Origin: Mobula birostris
Taxonomy: Eukaryota
Length of the DNA: 64,000 nt
Direction of reading: 5' to 3'
Assembly: GCF_030028105.1 (NCBI RefSeq)
Contig: NC_092379.1
Location: forward strand, 28,885,821-28,949,820
Positions within the stretch are counted from its first letter, which is position 1, and each line of letters begins with the position of its first letter. Made by a program: the position numbers and the translations under genes. Below are positions 24,815-36,651 of this stretch, piece after piece. Under the pieces are notes generated by a model. It did not search any database, was not told the DNA's origin, and saw only the letters and a program-made list of their open reading frames with translations.

Positions 24815-26680
24815 GCCCGCGCCTGAAAGTCGTGATAAGTGTTGGGGCGAACGACGTAGGCAGGAAGAGGGATGATGTCCTGAACTGTGAGCTTCGGGAA
24901 TTAGGCAGAGGGCTGAAGAACAGGACCTCAAGTGTGGCGTTCTCAGGATTGCTGCCAGTGCTACATGACAGTGATGGTAAGAATTGGAGGAGATGACAGA
25001 TGAATGCGTGGCTGAGGATTTGGTGCAGGGAGCAGGGTTTTAGATTTTTGGAACATTGGGATCTCTTCTGGGGAACGTGAGACCTGTAGATATTGGATTG
25101 GTTGCACCAGAACTCGAGGGGGAGCATTAACATTGCAGGTAGCTTCGCTGGCATGGTTCGGGAGGGTTTAAACTAATTTTCAAGGGGGATGGGACCCAGA
25201 GCGATAGAGCAGTGAAAGAAGTGCATAGAGTGAAGCCAGATCTAACATATACAGAGGCTTTGAGGAAAGAGAAGCAGAATAAACGGTGTAAAGACAGTAA
25301 GGTAGAAAGGCTGAAATGTGTGAACCTCAACGCAAGAAGCATCAGGAACAAAGGTAATGAACTGAGAGCTTGGATACATACATGGAATTATGATGTAGTG
25401 GCCATTACATAGACATGGCTGGCAGCAAGTCACGAATGGATTCTCAATATTCCTGGATTCCAGTGTTCTAAAAAGGATAGAGAGGACGGAAAAAGGGGAG
25501 GAGGGTTGGCATTACTGGTCAGGGATACAATTACAGCTACAGGAAGGGTGGGTAATGTAGCAAGATACTCTTTTGAGTCAGTATGGGTGGAAGTCAGGAA
25601 CAGGAAGGGAGCAGTTACTCTAATGGGTGTATTCTATAGGCCCCCTGGTAGCAGCAGCGATACAGAGGAGCAGTTTGGGAGGCAGATTTTGGAAAGGTGC
25701 AAAAATAACAGGGTTGTTATCATGGGTGACATTAACTTCCCTAATATTGATTGGCACCAAGGGTTTAGATGGGGCAGAGCTTCTAAAGTGTGTCCACGAC
25801 GGATTCCTGTCACAGTATGGGGACAGGCCGAATTGGGGGAATGCCATACTAGATCCAGTACTAGGTAATGAACCGGGTCAGGTCACAGATCTCTCAGTGG
25901 GTGAGCATCTGGGGGACAGTGACCACCGCTCCCTGGCCTTCAGAATTATTATGAAAAAGGATAGAATCAGAGAGGACAGGAAAATATATTAATTTGGGAA
26001 GGGCAAATTATGAGGCTACAAGGCTAGAACTTGCGGGTGTGAATTGGGATGATGTTTTTGCAGGGAAATGTACTATCGACATGTGGTCGATGTTTAGAGA
26101 TCTCTTGCAGAATGTTAGGGATAAATTAGTTCCGGTGAGGAAGACAAAGAAAGGTAGGGTGAAGGAACCATGGGTGACAAGTGAAGTGCAAATCTAGTTA
26201 GGTGGCAGAAGGCAGCATACATGCGGTTTAGAAAGCAAGGATCAGATGGGTCTATTGAGGAATATAGGGAAGCAAGAAAGGAGCTTAAGAAGGGGCTGAG
26301 AAGAGCAAGAACGGGGCAGGAGAAGGCCTTGGCGAGTAGGGTAAAGGAAAACCGCAAGGCATTCTTCAATTATGTGAAGAAAAAAAAAAGGAGGACAGGA
26401 GTGAAGTTAGGACCGATTAGAGATAAAGGTTGGAAGTTGTGCCTGGAGGCTGTGGAAGTGAGAGACGTCCTCAATAAATACTTCTCTTCGGTAATCACCA
26501 ATGAGAGGGAACTTGATTATGGCGAGGACAATATGAGTAAGGTTGATGTTCTGGAGCATGTTGATATTACGGGAGAGCAGGTGTTGGAGTTGTTAAAATA
26601 CATCAGGATGGATAAGTCCCCGGGGCCTGACGGAATATTCCCCCGGCGGCTCCATGAGGCGAGGGAGGAGATTGCTGAAT
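24815..26680 (+). mobile_element. CR1 LINE fragment (ORF1 end, endonuclease, start of RT)
   Basis: LNARSIRNKGNELRAWIHTWNYDVVAIT; VFYRPP; DKSPGPDGIFPRRL. Confidence 0.85.
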
Positions 26681-26689
26681 TCAACAGGC

Positions 26690-27940
26690 CAGACAGAATC
26701 TATGAAAAAAGTACAGTCGACATTTCAGGCCAAAACCCTTCGGTAGGACTGGAATAAAAATATCCTCCCGTTTGTCGGCAGCGTACAGTAGTCTATGTCC
26801 CACGCTTCTGCTTACTTCAAACAAAAGGGGTAGCCACGAGGACGCGAATGGGTCCCAGTTATGCCTGCCTGTTTGTAGGCTCTGTGGAACACCAGTACAC
26901 TGGCGACCGCCCCGTACTTTTCCTACGCTACATCGCCGACTGCTTTGGTGCTGCTTCCTGCACCCATGCTGATTGCATCCACTTTGGCTCCGACTTCTGC
27001 CCTGCCCTCAAATTTATCAGTTGAAGTTCCGACACCTCCCTTCTCTTTCTGGATTTCGCTGCCTCTGTCTCTGGGGACAGCTTATCCACTGATCTCTATT
27101 ATAAATCCACGAACTCACAAAGCTATGTGGACTATACCTCGTCCCAACCTGCTACTTGTGAAAACGTCATCTCCGTCTCTCAGTTCCTCATCTACTCGCA
27201 GGATGAGGCTTTTCATTCGAGGACGAAGGAGATGTCATTTTTTTTTCAAAGAAAGGGGCTTCTCTTCCTCGACCATCAACGTTGCTCTAAACCGTATCTC
27301 CTCAATTTCACATATGTCTGCTTTTACTCCATCCTTCGGCCTCCCTATCAGGGAGAGGGTTCCCCTTGTTCTCAACTACTAATCCACTAGCCTCCGCGTT
27401 CGGCACATAATTCTCCGAAAATTCCGCCACCTCCAACGGGATCCCACCACTAAGTGCATTTTTCCCTCTCCCAAACACTGAACCTCACCCAGTCCCCATT
27501 TACTGCTTACTGGAGGGACCGCTTCCTACGCGACTCCCTGGCCCATTCATCCTTCCTCACTGATCTCCCTCCTGGCATTTATCCTTGCAAACGGAACAAA
27601 TGCTGCACCTGCCCCTAAAGTTCGTCCACGCAACCATTCAGAGCCCTAAGCAATCCTTCCAGGTGTCGGCTATTGGGGTCTTATACTGTGTTTAGAGCTC
27701 CCATTGTGGCGTCCTGTATATCTGTGAGGCCCGATGTACATATGGAGACCGCTTCGTCGAGCATCTGTGCTCCATCCTCCTGAAAAAGCAGGACCTTCCA
27801 ATGGTCATTCATTTTAATTCCACTTCTCATTCCTTTTCCAATAACGTACATCCATGGCCTCCTCTACTGCCGTGATGAGGCCACACTTAAGTTCGTGGGA
27901 GAACACCTTATATTCCGTTTGGGTAGCCTCCATCCTGACG
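26690..27940 (+). mobile_element. Decayed Penelope-like element with an inverted 3'-tail copy at its 5' end
   Basis: Homologous to 1-1100 (GVATRTRMGPSYACLF; FLRYIADC); 26690-26760 is a reverse-complement tail with a mutated hammerhead. Confidence 0.8.
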
Positions 27941-28745
27941 TTCCAAAAGTGTTTCTCTTATACTATCTCGTCACACAGTGCAATGAATCGATCTGTGTGA
28001 TCTGAACAAATTCAACATTTCACAACATGCAATTCTAACTTGGATATTTAAAGATACATTGGAAGGAAGACATTGCCATTGACATGTCTATTCTGGAGAC
28101 ATTAAACAATCTAGTTTTGTCCTATCTTGTCACTCCTATTCCTTCCTCACAGATTGTGAACGCATCTATCACAATGGTACCCGCTATATGTATCATACTA
28201 TAGATCCATAGGTTGTGTAACTTATGTAAATAATCAATAAAATGATAAGTATTTGTCACAACATCCTATCTTTCAGCGGCAAACCATTCGTTATGCATAG
28301 TCAATCCGAGGAACGCCGATTTTCCCCACTCTCTGGTTTTCTTTTTTGAATCAATGTCAATAGTTTCCACATGAGCATTCGCCTTGATCTGTAGCTGTTG
28401 ATGTTGCACCGCATTCAATGTTCTCTATTTCCAAGTTCGACGATAACCTCACTGTTGCTCCCTCAAGGATCCCTAACAACGTTGAATACAGTTGACAATC
28501 GTGATATGGCATCCCAAGCAAAAGAGGGTATTTAGATACTGTAGACATACAAGAAATCCAATGTAATGTTTTCATTTGAATTGAATCCAAGAATAGCACT
28601 CAAGCTTGCCACATTTTGCGACCGAGCGGCGCCCATTTAAGTCGACCACGTAACCTTACTAATGTCTGTGTCCGCTCTTTGCAGTTAAATGGCAAAACAG
28701 GCCCTCCGCTGACATTTATTGCATCATCCAGAATTGGTTTATTTT

Positions 28746-28784
28746 TGTTTTTGTCCGGACCAGAGTTTTCCCTGCAAGAGCGTG
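28746..28784 (-). other. Degenerate 23-RSS of V5
   Basis: CACGCTC + 23 bp + ACAAAAACA. Confidence 0.7.
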
Positions 28785-29412
28785 GTTTCTCATAACACAC
28801 AGAAACATTGTGCTGTACAACAAACAGCTCCAAGATATTCTTGACGTTAACTCTAACCAGACATTATGGAGGACGCTCGAAATTTTCCTGAAATTATTTT
28901 AGAGATTCCCCGCAATGCTGATTGTACTGAAAGTAGTTACGGCAGCGCTAGTGTTGCGTTCTGTCTTTCTCATACTTTAATTGAAGGGAAAACTACATCA
29001 CTAATAGAATATTGGAAGATACCTGGCTTGCACTAATCTCACTAGAAATCAGTTGGACGCCACTTCACGGCATTCGTAGGCAAAAGGTCAATGCAAACTA
29101 GAAGGAACAAAGGAATGGCGCATGGCGTCAGGCTTCTGACTCTGTCGAATGGCAGTCTAGTTTCCAAGTAGTTACTTTTAATTAGCAGATATTCGCTAGT
29201 ATAAGTAAAATTCAGTGTTATGGCCAGTCCTTCTTCGAGCGTTAATTCAGGAGGGTCCTGTTTCACTAAATCTTCCCTCTCGCTTCTGCAAGAAAGAACA
29301 TGTGCATGAGCATCCCTGGTTTGCAATGAAACCACGGGGCACTGATTGTCCATCACAGAGACTCACCGTACAGAACAGATAATACAATTAGTAAGGAACG
29401 GAGGGGATGCAT
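28785..29412 (-). pseudogene. TCR V pseudogene V5 (divergent family D) with an internal insertion
   Basis: 46-nt leader MHPLRSLLIVLSVLY with GT donor; exon LVKQDPPELTLEEGLAITLNFTY (Cys to Phe, frameshifted); ~240-bp insertion; FR2 remnant QHCGESLK; ends FLCVMR before the RSS. Confidence 0.75.
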
Positions 29413-30129
29413 AGTGTTGGCACAGGCGATAGATCAGAAGCGAAATGGTAGGGTGAGAATGGATCAGCCACATCGTTCTCCGTGGGTAAGACTTGGGGCG
29501 TTTTCCTGCTAAAGTATTAGATGATAACGCGGAATCGGGCCTATTTAGGCAGAAATCGGCATCCACTTTCGTTCTTTTCCTCTTTGCTATTTTTTCTGTT
29601 CCATCAATCATCGAATTCTGATAACTATCTCTGATAACTATCGCTGCTCTAGGGTCTCCCTACACCCTACATGCCTACCTTTCCACAAGTGTTTATTTTT
29701 GTCGTTCCCTCTCTACCGATGATGATCTTCCTCTCATGCTCCCTGCTCGGTTGCAGTCGCTGAAACATTGAGTTATTGAGGCTCCAAGACAAATGGGTGA
29801 CGTGGTCGAGTGTTCAAGATGGAATAAATTTCCATTGCCTCTACTTGCGGGGTTTTCAATCCCACGCTGTAATTTCTGCTTCTGTTTATCAGTGTCGGTG
29901 CATGAACTTTTTTTTTGAATGGAAAGAATGGACGTTTAAATCCGAAATGACGCCTATCGGCGACTCTTTTCCTTGCAACTTCGGAAACAGCTCTACTTCC
30001 ATCTTGAATATCTCTATTTTCCCCTTTCAGGGTTCTTTTGAAGAGCCTGATCCGGAGTTACATGCTGACTTCAGTTCTTTGCGGAAATGGGGCCCGCTCC
30101 CTGGGTTCCACCACTGGCCGTTATTAGAT

Positions 30130-30705
30130 ATCAAGGATGCGGCCTAAGAAATTAGTGGCTCTGGAGACGGGCGAACCGAAGGTCTGTGTCTCTGCAGGGT
30201 TCCGGTGTGTAGAGTGCACGGAAGAACGAGAGCAGAGAGCTGGTTGCTGGCAGTGTGTCCCTGGACCCTCTTCATTTGGGCACAGAGCTCGGAAAACGGA
30301 CTGTTGACATCGCAATTCGCCGATATTTGTTATGTCTCCCCTCTGAATGTGAAACGGAGACACCTCTTTCTCCCTCATAAGGGACAGAGAGACCCGTAGT
30401 ATGTCGAATACCGGGTGAACAAATAGTCTTTCGGGTAGTGCAAGACTGTGTCTCTGCTGATGCTTTTCTGCACGCTTAAGTGCACAATGTTGGTGGTGAG
30501 GAAGAGGGGATTGTTGATTTGCTGCTGTTTACGCGTTTGACGGAGGAGCTGCGGGTGGTCTTTGGGGTTCTAACATTTAAATGTCGTTCATTTTTGGGGT
30601 TACTCCTCTGTTTTTCCTTGATGGCTACGAAGAGAATGTATTTTAGAATGTATATGGTATATATTTCTCTAACATTATTTGTACCTTTCAAGCCTTTGAA
30701 ATCTA
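30130..30705 (+). mobile_element. Probable SINE or LINE 3' end
   Basis: Ends with TGTACCTTTCAAGCCTTTGAA, a tandem tail typical of L2-related elements; family not identified. Confidence 0.4.
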
Positions 30706-31438
30706 ATCCGTGTTGACAAAAGAAGAAATTGGGCACATGACTTGAAATATGCGGCTAGTCGAGAAAGGTCTGAGGGGAGAGGACGTTCAGGCTTAACATC
30801 AGCAGGTTCTCCTGTAAATGTCAAAGGGCACTAGCGCGATAAAAAAAAAAGTCTCATACATCTTATATTTATCAGGATGGCCATTGCTGATCCAGGGTGA
30901 GAGGGTTAACGTGATTACGGCGCTCCTTAAACAAATTTATCGTAAAATGCAACTCGCAGAAGTCGTAGAGCCTTACCAAATCAGCTTCAAGTATTCTATA
31001 TCTGTTTCGAATAGAAGATAGCAGCTGCGTTACGATACACACAGAGATCTTCCAATGCACATGAAGCCACAGTCAGCGCCGTGGATGTAAGTTCCATCAT
31101 CAGGAGAGTGAACCCGTGGAAAGTACATGGGCTGGGTGGTGTCTAAGGCATTGTGGTTCGTTGCTGCACAACTCAGTTCACGGGGCTACATGCAGAACAT
31201 TTTCACTTCGTCCCACTTCAATATGAGGCTCGCTCCTGGCTTAGAAGATCACTATTAAGTTTTCTCCTCAGAAAAAAAATAGGTAACGTGTCTTATTGAC
31301 CACCGGCCAGTGACTCTGAATCTCTGAATCCATCATCGTTACGTGATCATGGCACAGATTAACTCCAGCTATCCAGCCAAACTCGACCCACTGCTGTTCA
31401 CTACTGCCAAAGCAATTCAACAGTTGACGCCTGCTTCC

Positions 31439-31871
31439 TAGTCATTGCACAAAAGTACATGCTGGAGTCCAAAACATGAGCTTAAACGATCTGCAATTGA
31501 GCTGTCTTGCCGCCTTCCTGCAGACTAGCGGTGAATCTCTCTGGGCAATGTGGACGCCGCTCCATTCTTCCTGTGCTACATACCGTCAGCAAATAATTTG
31601 GAGGTTTTCCACAATGCTGAATCCACACAATGATATCTGCATCATCGTTGGTATAATTACAGTTCAGTGTTATGGTCTGTCCTTTTTCAGCCGTTACGTC
31701 GGGAGGATCCTGCGTCACTGAGTCATTGAACTACTCGTTCCTGCAATAAAGGGCAGAATACATCAACATCGCCGGCTTGTATTGAACGTCGGAGAAATTC
31801 GCTGGCCACCTTCGCAGAGACTCACCAGGCAGCACAGCCAACGCAAGCACTAATGAACAGACGGAAATCAT
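31439..31871 (-). pseudogene. TCR V pseudogene V6 (family A position), RSS absent
   Basis: Leader MISVCSLVLALAVLP intact; early frameshift giving TGA; TAA after QIV; ends TAC TTT TGT GCA ATG ACT with no heptamer. Confidence 0.85.
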
Positions 31872-33789
31872 GCTGTCTAATTTCTTGCTCGATCGAGCGG
31901 CAGACTCCTTCTAGGTCGTAAATATCACTTAGCAGTTACTGTTGTGTGAGATCGTTGAAGCGGTACCGTTTACTATAGTTAACACCGCGGACGTTTCCCT
32001 GGTTAAAGAATTCGCTAAAACTAAGAACCGAGCCTTTCTGAGCGCCATTCAGAATCCGCTTTGTTTCCATTCGTCATTCTCAGATTTTCTCCGCTCATTC
32101 AAGATCCCGCGTCCACGCCCCGCCCTATCCGTCTCTCTGCCTCACACTCTCTCTTTCTCAGTGTGCCCAACTGCCTCTGCCCTCTGTTCTCTTTATATTC
32201 ACAGCATATTCATATACTTATCGATGTGTAATCCAAATCAATTATCAATGTTCACGTGGTCACTTCGTCATCTTCGTCAATATTACGCTGTAAGTAGTTG
32301 TTTATACATTTGTTTATATAGTCAGTTATTTGGAGATATATCCCACAATTGTCCCTCAGATCAACATTTATCAGTCTTCCGGCATTGAACTAGTTATTCA
32401 GTGTCAGCAAGTGTTCATCTGGTTGTTCCCTAATCTTGGTTGGCTGTTAGGGAGCCAATCTCCTATCCACGCCAATAGACTCCTCACATCACCCTTTATG
32501 CAGCCACCACTCCTTTCGTTAAAAAAAACAACTCACATCTGGCAGTCCCCCTGTAATTTCTTTTCATCGCCTTAAAATATCGTCCTCTCGCATGACCCAT
32601 TTCCTCCCTTAGGTTGTCCATCTTTCTTGCCTTTTGTCATATTATACATAGCTATTAACTAACCCCTCATCTTTCGTCTTTCCAAAAAAAAAAGGTACTT
32701 GTTCGCAGAAACTGAAATGTCCCGGGAAATATACATGCACTTGCGGATGTGCAACTGAACTTCAGCATTTCGATTCGTCCTCCTTTAATCGTCAATGCAG
32801 AGAGTTTAATCCTTCCCAAACGATTCTACAAAAGAAGGACAAAATGACTGAACATCTATTGCTCCTGCTGCACCTGCAAGACACCCACTGTATATTTGCG
32901 CAAAGATTCACGGCAACATAGCCCATAGACTCAGTAACAATCAAGGAAGCACATGGTGTCTGCTTTCAAGCGCGAACTAAATCCAGATTACATACAAGAA
33001 GCTAATACCACAGGTTTGAAAGAATGTTATCAGATACGATGTACCCTTCATTTCGTGTAAAACCTGCGAATATTGTTCTGCTAAGTGAGAATTGAACCAG
33101 GGAAGGCACAGCTGAGCCTGTTTAGCCACCGATCTGACTGGAACTACTACATTCTGTTTAGTTCTATATTTCTGTTCTACTTGTCGATCTCAACCCTCAT
33201 CTCTTCGTTCCTTCTTTCTCCTATGTTTCCGTCCCTGTGTCACTCGATCGCCCTCTTTCTGCCTGTATATTCCAATCTCCATTTTTTCTAAATCACCAAT
33301 GCAGATTTCAACTAGTTGTGGGAACATCGTTTAATCCAATTCCAGTCCACTAGGGATTCATTTTCAATCCGAAACATAAACATCCATTTATCTACACTTT
33401 GAGAAAGCTAATGTTAATAGACGCCATCTGAAATTTATCTTCATCTAAGCATTTAGTGTTACAGCTAATAGGATGCTGTCTGGTTATATACACCGTCGGA
33501 ATCTCCAGGTTGCGCTCATCTTCACTGCTATTCCCTCATGGGGATGGAAAATGATGTCCAGCTGAAAAGAAAATAGTCACAAGATATTGTTATAGGCAAG
33601 AAAGAGAGACATGGTCACCGAGATGTAGTGGAAATGTACCGGAAAACTGCCACGATATCCCGAAGTAAAGGTAAATTTAAGTAGTGTTCCACAAAGGTGG
33701 GAACATTTTGTTGCTGAATGCCGCGTTTTACGTTGACCACGTTATCCTCATGCTCTGTGCGTGCAGCTGTTCCAGTTTCCCAACGAATG

Positions 33790-33803
33790 TCGCCCTCTAG
33801 TGA
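33790..33803 (-). promoter_or_regulatory. CTCF-like motif downstream of the V7 RSS
   Basis: TCACTAGAGGGCGA, 12 bp beyond the nonamer. Confidence 0.55.
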
Positions 33804-33815
33804 TCACACAGGGCT

Positions 33816-33854
33816 GGATGTTGCCCGTAACCGCTGTCTCCCTGCAACACTGAG
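33816..33854 (-). other. Degenerate 23-RSS of V7
   Basis: CTCAGTG + 23 bp + GCAACATCC. Confidence 0.7.
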
Positions 33855-34262
33855 TGGTCCATTGAACAGAGGGATACGCCAGAGTCCGGGACAAGAATTC
33901 CAGAGATATTTAAATGAGCTTATTCTGCGTTTGTGCACATCAGCTGGAAACCTCGCCAAATATTCTGGAGGCCGGTCCAGTGTTCCTGCGCCATATAGCT
34001 TCAGTATTTCTTCTGAAACTTTCCGCAATGCTGAGTGTATCAAAAATATTTGCATTAGTTCGTGTATAATTTCAGTGTTATGATCTGACTTTCGTCAGCC
34101 ATTAATTTAGGAGAATCCTAGATCATTCAATTGTTCCCTCTCATTCCTGCAATGAAGGGCAGAATGCTGCAATATCCCTGACTTGCACTGAACTAACGTG
34201 GCACGCTCTGGTTGTGTATGCAGGATGACGAATATAATCAATGATAAACGGAGGATACGCAT
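33855..34262 (-). pseudogene. TCR V pseudogene V7 (family B)
   Basis: Leader MRILRLSLIIFVIL without a donor; TAG in FR1; Trp changed to TGA; LKLYGAGTLDRPPEYLARF remnant. Confidence 0.8.
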
Positions 34263-35654
34263 ACTCCCTGGCTTTATCCTGCGACAACTTACTTCCGAGA
34301 ATTTAACACTATGGCAAGTATTGATGAGTAAGACTGTATCAAAATAGACTTCACGGTGCCCTGCTCAACGATGACAGATAAAACAAACTGAGGCTACATG
34401 AGGATGAATCAGAATCCGCTTTCTTGAATTCCTATTTTTGCCTTTTTTCCGAAACTATAAATCTCTCTCTCTCTCCATCTATCTATTTATCTATCTTTCT
34501 CTCTTTTGCGCTCTTTCTCTCTGTCTCTGTTTCTCACTCTCTTGTTGTCTACCTGCCTTCTTCTCTCTCTCGGTCTCAATCCGAATCGTAAATTCTATTC
34601 TTTTTTCGATTTCTCCACCTCTTTTGTTCGCTATACCAGATTACTCTCGATTACTTTGCTATTCTGCCCTGCTCTCTCCCTTCTTACACCATGTGACACC
34701 ATGCGAAGCAACGTATTATTGATTCATTCGCAAAATTTTGACATTCAGCAGCATCAGTTACCTAAAATCATCAGTCGTTTAAGTTTGTGACGAATTCCTT
34801 TCAATCTTTCAGCATTCCGCTGGATATTACTTATCAATAACACACGAAATATTTATTGCCGTGGACCAGCTGGGTTTGGATGCTGAGGAGATATCGAAGG
34901 CACCTGTTAGAGCAAGCAAACACTGCGAACACTGAGGTGTCCGGATCCTGTATCGCTGTGGAAATTTGAGTGCTGATCTGCGAACACTATCCAGTGGTGT
35001 CCGGCACAACGCCTCCGGAGATATTTAAGGCTTTTTAGCCCAGAGACCAGAAAAAGTGAACGGACTGTCCTCGCGTAGACCAAATTCTCCAATCATGAAT
35101 ATTTTCATCGGTTCATTAGAACCCTTCCACGTTCATTAAATCCCTCCTATTGGGGACACAAAATCTGCCCCACTCGTCCCTGTAAGAAGCCCCGAATGTG
35201 TGAGGGGCGCCGGAACGCAGTGACACTTCAGGGCACATTCTGACCGATTAGACAGATTCAACAGACAAAGTATTCGATACAGAGAAATTCCAGGGGGTGG
35301 TTGTAGTGGGAACATAGCACAACGCATAATGTAAACAGAGGTTGATTTGAAGATATTACTCCAATAAAAGAAAAGTAATTCAAGAAAAGATAAGCAGAGA
35401 ATTTCCGGGAGAATCGGCGCTTCCGTTTCGAAGCATATGCGGATTTTATTACTGAATTAGGGCACTATAGCAATCCTAAGACTGCAGTGGAGTAAATCGA
35501 CTCCTCCTGCAACCCCCCTCCATGCACTTTGCCTCCGCCTCTCTCCGTCACGCTCCTGTTCGTCTCCTTCTGTTCCTCTCTGTTACTGTCACTTTAAAGA
35601 GGGAGTTAAAGTGTTATTACACATTATTTCACGTCGGGTGATTACGCATGGGTT

Positions 35655-36000
35655 TGAGTACACAGTACAGAGAGGAAATTAAGAACGTGGTAGCATGGTG
35701 CGAAGACAATCACCTATCCCTCAACATCAGCAAGACGAAGGAAGTGGTTGTTGACTTCAGAAGGAATAGCGGACCGCACGACCCAATTTACATCGGTGGT
35801 GCGCAAGTGGAACAGGTGAAAAGCTCTAAGTTCCTAAGGGTCAATATCACAAATGAACTGACTTGGTCCAAACAAGCAGAGTCCACTGACAAGAAGGCTC
35901 ACCAGCGCCTTTACTTCCTGAGAAAGCTAAGAAAATTTGGCCTGTCCCCTAAAACCCTCACTAATTTTTATAGATGCACCGTAGAAAGCATTCTTACAGG
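35655..36000 (+). mobile_element. L2/Rex-Babar-type LINE RT fragment
   Basis: WCEDNHLSLNISKTKEVVVDFRR...KKAHQRLYFLRKLRKFGLSPKTLTNFYRCTVESILTG. Confidence 0.8.
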
Positions 36001-36011
36001 ACCAGTTTTAC

Positions 36012-36416
36012 ACAGATGCCAGAATTCAACCTAAGAGCTTGAAGGATATGCAATTGAGCCGTCAGCTGCCTAAACGCAAACTAGTGATAAATCTAACTGG
36101 GCAATCTGGATGCCGCTCCATTACTGCTGTGCTATAATTTGCTTCAACAAATTCTTTGGAGTTTCTCCAAAATGTAGAATGTACCAAAATCTATCTGCAT
36201 CAGCGCAACTGTGATCACATTAGAGTGTTATGGTCTATCCTCTCTCAGCCGATCAGTCAGGAGGATCTGGCGTAACTGAATCTTTACCACTCGTTCCTGC
36301 AATAAAGGACACAATGCATCAACATAGCTGGCTTGTATTGAACGCCGGGCAAATTCGCTGGACACCTTCGCAGGCTCCCCAGGCAACACAAACAATGCAA
36401 TCAGTCTAAAACAGAG
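36012..36416 (-). pseudogene. TCR V pseudogene V8 (family A')
   Basis: ATG lost next to a (TAGAT)n element tail; donor GT changed to GG; stops and frameshifts; RHPDCPVRF retained; heptamer and spacer deleted, nonamer remnant GTAAAACTG at 36003-36011. Confidence 0.8.
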
Positions 36417-36512
36417 ATTAGATTAGATTCGAGTAGATTCAACTTTATTGTCATTGTGCCGAGTACAGATACAAAGCACACCGTCCCACCCATCTCTCTG
36501 AGTCTCTCTCTC

Positions 36513-36651
36513 NNNNNNNNNNNNNNNNNNNNNNNNNNNNNNNNNNNNNNNNNNNNNNNNNNNNNNNNNNNNNNNNNNNNNNNNNNNNNNNNNNNNNNNN
36601 NNNNNNNNNNNNNNNNNNNNNNNNNNNNNNNNNNNNNNNNNNNNNNNNNNN
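36513..36651. other. N run
   Basis: 139 N following (CT)n. Confidence 0.95.

Noticed and set aside
27974-28012. Plus-strand CACAGTG as the RSS of a hidden D or J
   Set aside because: The best 23-spaced nonamer is GAACAAATT (poor), with no adjacent FGxG or D-like sequence; at most a cryptic site.
31395-31415. Confident call of a germline-joined J segment after V6
   Set aside because: Only F-G-S out of frame, with no GT/TxL motif or splice donor; kept as a low-confidence hypothesis under findings.
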